From IMG/VR virus record IMGVR_UViG_3300045988_121635: DNA of 64,000 nucleotides; one strand, written 5' to 3'. The position numbers and the translations under genes were made by a program. Below, one piece after another: positions 56,318 to 64,000 of this stretch; the stretch's first letter is position 1, and the number at the start of each line of letters is the position of its first letter. The notes beneath the pieces were generated by a model, which was not told where the DNA came from, made no database searches, and saw only the letters and a list, made by a program, of their open reading frames with translations. Source of the DNA: a virus.

Positions 56318-56340
56318 ATTAGCCTCCTCTCTTAATAAAA

Positions 56341-57348
56341 TCAGACAGCAGCGTTGTTATTGTAACATCCGTTGTTACATCCACATCCGTTATTGCAGCA
56401 ACCTCCTCCGAATACCTGTCCCCAAGTATAAGCCTGGTAAGGAGAACAAGAGGGGTAGGCCGGGACGGCCGTCGGGCGTAATTGACCAACGATATTCTGG
56501 GTTTGTTGCTGAGATAATGCCGAAGCTGTCAAAGCCGCTTTTTCTTCACGAAGTTGAGCAATAGTGTTCTGCATCTCCCTCATTTCCAACTGACAGAATT
56601 TGTCGTTGATCATAACGGTTTGGGCGTCAAGTTTCGCAGACAAGATATTGAATTGGCTTGTAGCTTGCTCACGATTGTTAGCCAGACCTTGGTTGAGACC
56701 GTTCTGCAAGATATTGGTTTGTTCCAACGTGCGAAGCTGGTTATCAAAACCTTGCTGAGTAATCATTCCCTGAGTCTGGCAAGTGCTTTGATTGATCAAC
56801 GAACTCAGATTGCAGCAGCAAGAGCTGATTTGATTTCCTATTTCACAACCTTGTTGTTGAACTGCGTTGATAACAGCCTGAGAAGTCATACCTACCTGAC
56901 CAGCTACTTTATCAATAGCACCCTGTACGTTGCAGATAGCGTTCTGAAGTTGAGTAGTAGAACAGTTCAAAGCAGAAGCAATCTGATCTATGGCGCTACG
57001 ATTACCTTGAATTGCCTGCATCAAAAGTTCACGACCGTAATCGTTATTCAACTGAGCCGGCAAACCATTGGCACAACAATCACCGCCATTTCCAAAACCG
57101 TTACCGAAGCCGCGTCCACCCCACAGCCAGAACAAAACAATTATCCAGAGCCACCAACCGTTAGCCCCACCGAAACCGTCCTGGTTGTTACGACCGTTCA
57201 TCAAAGCCGCCACCAGATTCGGATCCATTTTATTACCACCTATCAAATTAGCAAACATGCCGGGAATCATTGAAAGAAGACCGTTAGTGGCTGCACCACC
57301 ACCGTTAGCCCCGGCTCCATCTAAAAGGACGATTTTATCACCACCCAT
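56341..57348 (-). CDS. unusual Gly/Asn/Gln/Cys-rich protein with one TM helix (GWWLWIIVLFWLWGG), Q/N-rich coiled-coil and C-terminal Cys/Gly/Asn repeats (GGGCCNNGCGCNNGC); start at ATG 57348
   Basis: composition read from translation. Confidence 0.5.
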   Translation of the reverse strand: MGGDKIVLLDGAGANGGGAATNGLLSMIPGMFANLIGGNKMDPNLVAALMNGRNNQDGFGGANGWWLWIIVLFWLWGGRGFGNGFGNGGDCCANGLPAQLNNDYGRELLMQAIQGNRSAIDQIASALNCSTTQLQNAICNVQGAIDKVAGQVGMTSQAVINAVQQQGCEIGNQISSCCCNLSSLINQSTCQTQGMITQQGFDNQLRTLEQTNILQNGLNQGLANNREQATSQFNILSAKLDAQTVMINDKFCQLEMREMQNTIAQLREEKAALTASALSQQQTQNIVGQLRPTAVPAYPSCSPYQAYTWGQVFGGGCCNNGCGCNNGCYNNNAAV

Positions 57349-57525
57349 AATTTTATAGTATTTAATTGTTAAACATACGTGCATGAAGCACGTAACAAAG
57401 TTCATGATTGTAAGGTGGAATATAGGTGTGTTTATTTCTTATAGAAGAGAAATATTTTCAGCAAAAACAGAAACAAAAAAAAGGTAGTGTTTTTTATTCT
57501 TTCAAAACACCACCTGTAAATAAAC

Positions 57526-58410
57526 TTAAGCAAACTTGCCATATTTTAGAAACACATTTTTGAGTTTTCCTTTTATACCATTTAAGGTCACTTCATATCC
57601 GGAGCCTGTCATGTATATGGTTTGTTGATTGATTCTATCACCAGAATACTTGTCTATGAAATAAGACCTATACACTCCATACCCTTTAACTACAACATTA
57701 CTATATAGCTCCCATTTGCCAAGACCGTTCCTAAACATGAATTTAGCTTCTTCAAGGAATGAGCGAAGATTCTTTTCAGCAATAATAACACCATTTTGCT
57801 CTAACTTCTTTGCAATATCACGAATCAGCCACATATTGTTATGGTCTACTTTCCTAAAAGACTCGGCAAATTCTACATCGGGCTTGTGTTCTTCTATTGT
57901 TTTCAAAGCTTGTTGCTTCTCTGCCTCTGCCTGCGACTTTTCGGCTATAGCTCTCTGAGCAGCTTCATACTGATCAGCCCAGGCTCTTGCTGCATCTGCC
58001 GGATTAGAAAAGTCAGGGACCAAAATTCCCTTTCCACCGGAACTTGTTTTATATTCTCCTGTTTTACGAATAGAAGGAAGAACCTCAGATGTTACCCATT
58101 TCTTAAATCTCTTAGCAGACTCTAATTTTGAAGATAATATAAGAGAATATAAACCAGATTCATTAATTATTCTTATACTATCTATATATCTGGTTTTCAA
58201 TATAGATCGTTTTACGCCCCATTGATTATCAGATACTTGCAAAAGCATAGAATCATCATCATCTACATGTCTTTTTACCGCATCTTTAGCATTTATATAT
58301 CCAAGAGATTTAGCCACATCTGACGCCACAAACCAAACATCTCCTTTTGGATCTACAATAATTCTAAGCTCTCCAAAATCCGAACTTTCAAAAACAGAAA
58401 CTTTATCCAT
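57526..58410 (-). CDS. Bro-N domain antirepressor-like protein (FESSDFGELRIIVDPKGDVWFVASDVAKSLGY)
   Basis: Bro-N N-terminal signature. Confidence 0.7.
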   Translation of the reverse strand: MDKVSVFESSDFGELRIIVDPKGDVWFVASDVAKSLGYINAKDAVKRHVDDDDSMLLQVSDNQWGVKRSILKTRYIDSIRIINESGLYSLILSSKLESAKRFKKWVTSEVLPSIRKTGEYKTSSGGKGILVPDFSNPADAARAWADQYEAAQRAIAEKSQAEAEKQQALKTIEEHKPDVEFAESFRKVDHNNMWLIRDIAKKLEQNGVIIAEKNLRSFLEEAKFMFRNGLGKWELYSNVVVKGYGVYRSYFIDKYSGDRINQQTIYMTGSGYEVTLNGIKGKLKNVFLKYGKFA

Positions 58411-59119
58411 GATAAAAAAAATAGGCCCAAAAGAGAATGTCAGATCCCACTATGACAAACCCTAATGAGCCAAAAATATCTTTCAACATCAAACAACCAG
58501 AGGTGGGATCTCGTTGTTCATTGTTTCTGGAGCAAAGATAGGAACAGGATTTTAAATAGCAAATATTTTAATACTTTTTAAATCAAACCAGGGCCCGCAT
58601 CACTGCGAACCCTGATCTACACTAATCTAAACTAATACCATGAAAAACTTAAATCTAAAAACTAAAGAACACACAAATATATGAAAATGTATGCCTTTCA
58701 CAAAGAATCTGTATCCTGTTCTTTTGTATGATTCAAGACATGGGATATAGTTCTGATACTTAATCCGGTTTGATTTTGTATCAGATTATAAATATAGGAT
58801 TTTGAAACTACAGTTCTTAATTGACCTAAATCATTCATAATGTTTTTTATACATAAGATGAATGCTGTTATTACGTTTGATGGTACTGATTCTCATTTCC
58901 TACTGTTATTAGTTACGTCCGGTTCTTACTTTTTCCTATTTCTATAATCCCTTCCTGAAACTAATATTGCAAACTTAATAAAAATAATTCATAAACAATG
59001 AAAATCTAACTTTTCTTGTATGTTATTGATATACGTGCATATATGAGAAAAGTGAGACTTTCACAAGCCTCACTTCCCAAATTATAACTATGAAAAAACT
59101 ATATATATGTACACAAAAA

Positions 59120-61378
59120 TTACCTACATTCCAATTTATTAAGATCATCCAATTCAGGCTTGCTTACGGTCATGTCTTGCGTCAAGCCAGATCTGTTTTG
59201 GTATGGAGCGTAATCGGTTTCTACCGTCTTAGCCTTCTGAGTAGAATCGTATTTCACCTCTGATTCGGTTCCTGTCAGATTTTGGTAGATAGAGCCGGAA
59301 CTACTCTCGCTTACTTTAGACCATATCTTATTACCTACTCTTATAAAATTATCATAAATACCTTCGGCTGTTATAACACCATCTTGCTCTACGATATTAG
59401 GGCCCGATTTTTCTTTTAACAAATACGGGTGCCTGGTGTAAAAATAGTGTTCAAAATCATTCCCGGCATACGAAGGGTCATACTTCTCCAAATAAAACAA
59501 TTCTGATAAAGAAGGGTCGGTACTGGTCATGCTATAATCAAACAACATCAACCTGTCTTTTCCAGATAAAGATAATTCTATTGATTTCAAAATATCAGGA
59601 TCATCAGAAATAAGGCCCAAAGATGGACCAGGTTTGAAGTCAAGATACTTATAGGCATTATCATATAATTTTGTTTTATGGAGTTTGTTGTCAAGGTAAG
59701 ATTGGTATAAATCGAATAAGGATAATGGGTTTTCGCTATCTTGTTTTTTGTTCATGTATCGACTATACTCCCGATCCACATCCACGTAAGGAACGTCAAG
59801 TACCGCCGGGTGACCAAACGCCATCCTGGTCATTATCATGTCCTCCGTGTTCTGAGAATCCATGAACGATCTGACGTATTTTTTAATGGAATCCATGAGC
59901 GTATTATTATCTACGTTCCGTACTTTCTCTTTATCCAAAACGCCGTTCTTAAAACAAGATTCAGGATATATTTTAGTAGAAAAATGAGTTAGGTTGTGCT
60001 TGGCTAACACTGTTGATATTTGATACATCTCGTTAATATCATCTTTGCTGATCCTTTGATATAGATTATCTCCTACCTTAAGCAATGAATGTTTCTCAAA
60101 TGCCTCTACTGGGTCTATATCGGATTCAGAATAAACGATATTCAAATTATCCATATACTCCGGCAATAATTCAGAATAATAATCTGTGCTATCACCAAGA
60201 ACATCATCTATAGAAGATACCAGCGTTGGAGCATAATTTACATCATTATGCCTGGCCACATAAATATCAAGATCCAGCATCAAATTATCTATCTTATTCA
60301 AAGATTCTTCTGTGCCATCATAAGTTTCCGATGTCCCTATTATATCTATGCCAAACCACGTACAAGCCTCTTCTATATCCCATATCATGCTTCTTAAATC
60401 GGATTCGGTGTCGGCATTAGCCCTATGTAAATAAGCCGATATACGAGCTCTTAGGAACTCTATTTTGCCAGGATTGTAATAAGACAGATCTTGTAGCTTA
60501 GACAAGGATCTTCTCTTGCCTTCTACCACATCATCCCCTTCTATGTTTATTACCGGAATCTTATTCGTAGATGAGAACTCATCAAACATAGATTCGGCAA
60601 ATTCTTTATCAGAAACGAATTTCTCAACCAGTTCAGGATATGAATTTCTCAACGATTCAAAAGCAGATGAAAATTCAGAAAAGTTTTTTATGCCGGCTAC
60701 TGTTTTGCCCATAGCCCAATAAAGCTCAGAAGGATTATATGGTACTTTTTTACCAAATTGGTTAAACACTCCCTCCTTGTAAACAATAGGACCATACTGA
60801 TAGTCAACAGACATAAAATAATTATCCTTTTCCCTATCATGTTCGTTAATAGAAGAATCTATTAACTTTCTCATGGAAGTCGAAACCTCGTTTAAAACAG
60901 AAGGATCGGATAAAATACGACTTATTTCTGTTTCATCATACAAACCGGATCTCCTTAATTTCTGCTCATTCAGTATCAAACTGCCATCTACATAAAAATC
61001 GAAGAGAATAGCATTAGACAATGAAGACGCATTGAAAAAATAATGAGTAGACAAAAGGAAATCCCTTACATCCTTAACATCCTGAGCCGTTAAAGGATCA
61101 GCAAAATAAGTCTGACGCTTCATATACGACAGCACATCTTCTAAAAGAGGTTCGTCATTGGGATCGGTGTTAAACATCTCCCCTGGAGCCGGGTTATTCC
61201 AATGACCGTAATACGACAAAAAACCAGGAGTGTAAGCCTTAGCCCATACCTGAAGAGCCCGCTCGCTGTTTCCTAATACTTTTAAAGCACTTTCGTAAAG
61301 GACGGAAGGCTCCCCGTTAGGAGCCTTAACCCGTTTTATTTCATTTTCCTTTTTTTCTATCTGACATTTGACACCCAT
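59120..61378 (-). CDS. large hypothetical protein (752 aa from ATG 61378; ORF track starts at TTG 61399)
   Basis: long ORF; start region duplicated at 62033-62060. Confidence 0.65.
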   Translation of the reverse strand: MGVKCQIEKKENEIKRVKAPNGEPSVLYESALKVLGNSERALQVWAKAYTPGFLSYYGHWNNPAPGEMFNTDPNDEPLLEDVLSYMKRQTYFADPLTAQDVKDVRDFLLSTHYFFNASSLSNAILFDFYVDGSLILNEQKLRRSGLYDETEISRILSDPSVLNEVSTSMRKLIDSSINEHDREKDNYFMSVDYQYGPIVYKEGVFNQFGKKVPYNPSELYWAMGKTVAGIKNFSEFSSAFESLRNSYPELVEKFVSDKEFAESMFDEFSSTNKIPVINIEGDDVVEGKRRSLSKLQDLSYYNPGKIEFLRARISAYLHRANADTESDLRSMIWDIEEACTWFGIDIIGTSETYDGTEESLNKIDNLMLDLDIYVARHNDVNYAPTLVSSIDDVLGDSTDYYSELLPEYMDNLNIVYSESDIDPVEAFEKHSLLKVGDNLYQRISKDDINEMYQISTVLAKHNLTHFSTKIYPESCFKNGVLDKEKVRNVDNNTLMDSIKKYVRSFMDSQNTEDMIMTRMAFGHPAVLDVPYVDVDREYSRYMNKKQDSENPLSLFDLYQSYLDNKLHKTKLYDNAYKYLDFKPGPSLGLISDDPDILKSIELSLSGKDRLMLFDYSMTSTDPSLSELFYLEKYDPSYAGNDFEHYFYTRHPYLLKEKSGPNIVEQDGVITAEGIYDNFIRVGNKIWSKVSESSSGSIYQNLTGTESEVKYDSTQKAKTVETDYAPYQNRSGLTQDMTVSKPELDDLNKLECR

Positions 61379-61379
61379 A
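61352..61379. repeat. 28-bp exact direct repeat TTTTTCTATCTGACATTTGACACCCATA (second copy 62033-62060); on minus strand encodes ATG-GGT-GTC-AAA-TGT-CAG-ATA-GAA-AAA
   Basis: read directly. Confidence 0.9.
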
Positions 61380-61419
61380 GTGATAAATATTTTAGACAAA
61401 GATAGTATAAAAATAGAAA

Positions 61420-61999
61420 TTATGAAACTTCTATTTCATAATGCGAAGCCTCTGTCTCAACTATCAATCTTCCCTCTCCTTCGAACTCAACGCTATCATT
61501 TCCTGGACCAGTAACAAAAGGGAAATCAGATACGGATGTTACATAATCTCCAGAACCACCGGAGAAAGACTGACTTTTACTTTGTTTGTAATTGATAGTC
61601 AATTGTGTTTTACCTATCTGAAGAGTTCCAGATAAATTTTTAGTATAAGTAGTGGTAGTTGTAATATCCCCATTTTTATAACAATACATTATAAAGGTGG
61701 TAACCGGACTCTTTTTTATATTACTATCCGGACCTGCATGATAAGATTCATTCCCTCCAAATATGCTATAAATGTGACAATAAGGACCGACTCTTTTACT
61801 TGAAGTTTTAGCCTTATCCTCGACTCCTTTCAAAGATATAGTAACCTTACTCTTGTATTCAATATCCTTCCAATTACAGACTCCTTCACTTACGTTTCCA
61901 ACAAACCTGTCATCAACATAAACCTCTATATTCCCCCTGCTGATTGGTCTTCAACTGATACTGAACAAGACTTGAAACATCTTCGTATCTCCTTCTCAT
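61420..61999 (-). pseudogene. frameshifted paralog of 62085..62615 gene: ATG 61999 (MRRRYEDV...) runs 28 codons to a stop; downstream frame (opens 61950, TTG 61833, through 61420) joins if one G is removed from the G5 run (C5 at 61933-61937)
   Basis: manual translation of both frames; paralogy KR-PY-C...I-I-GP...D with 62085 gene. Confidence 0.45.
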
Positions 62000-62033
62000 A
62001 CTTAACACTCCTTATTTAACTCATTTATCGAAT
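61987..62033. repeat. 47-bp direct repeat (2 mismatches) of 62603-62649: C-terminal codons + RBS (AAGGAG) + ATG AGA AGG AGA start of downstream gene
   Basis: aligned by eye. Confidence 0.85.
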
Positions 62034-62084
62034 TTTTCTATCTGACATTTGACACCCATAATAATTAACTTTTTTCAAAATTAA

Positions 62085-62615
62085 CTATAAAATCGACTTA
62101 TACAATGACGGATCCCAAACTCCTTCTATATAAATCTCTGGAAAACTCAAACTGCCATCACGAAGAGTGGTAACCTTCAAACTGGGAATGTTAAAAACAG
62201 TGCTAACATCACTAAACTCACCATTCAACTTAATAGCATTTCCACTATTATCAGCTTCATAATAATAATAACAATAATTTTCATTAATGTTTGGATCATA
62301 TTCGTACCAATATGTTAGATCCTGTATATGATTTTCTATATTACCAATTTTATTTTCGCCTAATATAAAAATACCATTATTGCTATGATTATAAACCATA
62401 GAATCATAACCACCATAATTCCAATTACTATTAAACATTATGTAACTAACATCAGAATCATGATCTTTTAATACAGGTCCTATATGTATATGAATTTTAT
62501 TAAACTGACATACATAAGGTCTTTTCCTTCCAAGCCTTTTTATATCTTCATTGGATAACTTATTATAACATCCTCCCACGAAATTATCCGCAGCATTAAA
62601 AAATCTCCTTCTCAT
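62085..62615 (-). CDS. hypothetical protein (MRRRFFNAADN..., Tyr/Asn-rich), start at ATG 62615
   Basis: ORF; AAGGAG upstream. Confidence 0.55.
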   Translation of the reverse strand: MRRRFFNAADNFVGGCYNKLSNEDIKRLGRKRPYVCQFNKIHIHIGPVLKDHDSDVSYIMFNSNWNYGGYDSMVYNHSNNGIFILGENKIGNIENHIQDLTYWYEYDPNINENYCYYYYEADNSGNAIKLNGEFSDVSTVFNIPSLKVTTLRDGSLSFPEIYIEGVWDPSLYKSIL

Positions 62616-62617
62616 AC

Positions 62618-63988
62618 TCAACACTCCTTGTTTAACTCATTTATCGAATCCGAATTATCAGAACCTTCTACAAGATTCTTATTCCTATCTATCTCTTCCT
62701 GGCTCATGTTACTCATCATATTTTGTATTTTTCTACCAGATTGAGATAAAGAACGGATGAATGCACTGGAACTTATCTTAACTCCAAGATCCGGTTTTGC
62801 CCTAAACGCTTCACCGGTACTGATATTATACAAATCATACACACCTGAGTTCATATAGAATTTATATATCCAGTTTCCACCAGCTTTTTTGTACCCTAAT
62901 TTGGTTAGCTCGACTACACTCATACCAAATTTAATACCATTACGACCCATTATCTTCTCCGGTATAGGTTCTACCTTAGCCGGAACAGATGTATATGCTT
63001 CGTCACCACCATACAGGAAATAAGGGGTTGTCACCCTTGATATGTGAGTAAGCGGTTCTTCGGATATACGAGGCTCGTCTTTTGCGGCCTTAGATTCTTT
63101 CCTTGGATTGGATATTCTAATAAAAGGATCGTATGTCAAAAAGGTTAAGCCGTATTCTACTTTATAACCTGACACGCCGTCAAGATCCCTTATAGCCTTA
63201 GTCGTATGTGAGTGGTTGATGGTGTCTATCCCGTACCTTGATTCCATATCGGTCATAATACTATTAACCTCATCTCCCTCTACATAAACCTCTTCTCCTT
63301 CCGGGATAGAAGTTGTGCCGGCAGCCCTTCTAAGTAGCCATAAAGTAACTTCGGAAATATCAGAGAACTTATCTCCGTTCTTTCTATAGTTATCTACTTT
63401 TCCTTCTTGAGATCCAGGTAATTCGACATTTCCTTCAACTTCGACATTTGTTCTGGATTGTCCTTTGCCTTCTCCATCTCCCTTTTTATCGCCATCTTCC
63501 TCAGCGCGTACTGCACCGCCTTCTTCATTAGCCTGTGCTGTACCACCTCCTGTGCTTCCTTCTTTCTCATTATTTAAAATATTATCTGATTCTGACTCTA
63601 TAGATTCCACAACAACATCATACTCTGGAATGCCGCTAAGGAAATCTGCTACATTATTCAAAAACTCTATTTTTTCCTCGTTTGTCATATCAAGGCTTTC
63701 CACTGGCTCCCATATGGCAGGCAAGTTGTTTGTTTCTATTGCAGTAGAAACATCTTCTACAGTTTGGTTGTCCACCGTAGGCAAAACTTTAGAAACCAAA
63801 CTATTGATATCAGATTCCATTTTTTCTACTTCCTCTTTTGTGCCATATTCTTTTAGGGTATCCATGCCATTGACTCTAAGAGAATAATTCAAAGCCTTGC
63901 TCGGAACAAAATTAATATATTTCAAAAAGTTTTTCAACTCTGATATAATTTGTTCATCAGATCTTGGCCCAACATAATCAACCACCAC
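62618..63988 (-). CDS. hypothetical protein with acidic/Gly-rich middle region; start falls 12 bp before the window end, so the N-terminus may be incomplete
   Basis: ORF 456 aa. Confidence 0.55.
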   Translation of the reverse strand: MVVDYVGPRSDEQIISELKNFLKYINFVPSKALNYSLRVNGMDTLKEYGTKEEVEKMESDINSLVSKVLPTVDNQTVEDVSTAIETNNLPAIWEPVESLDMTNEEKIEFLNNVADFLSGIPEYDVVVESIESESDNILNNEKEGSTGGGTAQANEEGGAVRAEEDGDKKGDGEGKGQSRTNVEVEGNVELPGSQEGKVDNYRKNGDKFSDISEVTLWLLRRAAGTTSIPEGEEVYVEGDEVNSIMTDMESRYGIDTINHSHTTKAIRDLDGVSGYKVEYGLTFLTYDPFIRISNPRKESKAAKDEPRISEEPLTHISRVTTPYFLYGGDEAYTSVPAKVEPIPEKIMGRNGIKFGMSVVELTKLGYKKAGGNWIYKFYMNSGVYDLYNISTGEAFRAKPDLGVKISSSAFIRSLSQSGRKIQNMMSNMSQEEIDRNKNLVEGSDNSDSINELNKEC

Positions 63989-64000
63989 CTGATCTGTTTG

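Noticed and set aside
59120-61378. Calling the 752-aa protein a portal and the giant ORF a virion RNA polymerase
   Set aside because: Size and position are suggestive, but I could not identify diagnostic motifs by eye. Both are left as unknown.
1-64000. Diversity-generating retroelement, retron or abortive-infection reverse transcriptase
   Set aside because: No ORF with RT motifs (YxDD) was seen in any frame.

Overview
The window reads as a 64-kb stretch of an AT-rich (~35% GC) dsDNA bacteriophage genome made of dense, translationally coupled small genes (many ATGA start/stop overlaps). No rRNA, CRISPR array, integrase, terminase or recognisable capsid gene was found.

Layout:
- Positions 1-41,915 are almost entirely +-strand and look like an early/DNA-metabolism arm. 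Recognisable genes are a Dam-type N6-adenine methyltransferase, a C5-cytosine methyltransferase, a Zn-finger primase-like protein, a DnaB-family helicase, an SF2 DEAD/DEAH helicase, a Cas4/RecB-like PD-(D/E)xK nuclease, a PolA-head-like nucleotidyltransferase and a Walker-A ATPase. The rest are ORFans.
- A 12-bp-stem bidirectional terminator at 41,963-42,001 marks the strand switch.
- Positions 42,005-64,000 are minus-strand and look late/virion-related by position. They hold two putative fiber-like genes, a 2,148-aa giant ORF, a Bro-N antirepressor-like gene, odd low-complexity proteins and tandem paralog cassettes.

Most notable observations:
1. An intact IS200/IS605-family TnpB element (12,182 to about 13,432, minus strand), plus a second, TnpB-less copy of its right-end/omegaRNA scaffold at 3,652-3,770 that includes a decayed TnpB C-terminal remnant.
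2. A phage-borne acyl-carrier-protein / NfeD / flotillin (SPFH) gene cluster at 30,396-32,858.
3. Two tRNA-like elements, or a conserved ~35-nt motif, each after a GNRA-loop terminator hairpin and each before a small paralogous gene.
4. A G9 homopolymer at the start of a putative fiber gene. It is set up as a slipped-strand ON/OFF switch, because an ATG in the +1 frame is restored by G10.
5. Three tandem 51-bp repeats and GC-rich repeated motifs at the window start, a possible origin or terminus.
6. A chimeric duplicated leader/cassette arrangement with a frameshifted paralog at 61.4-62.7 kb.

All calls are by eye from motifs. No database search or folding program was run.
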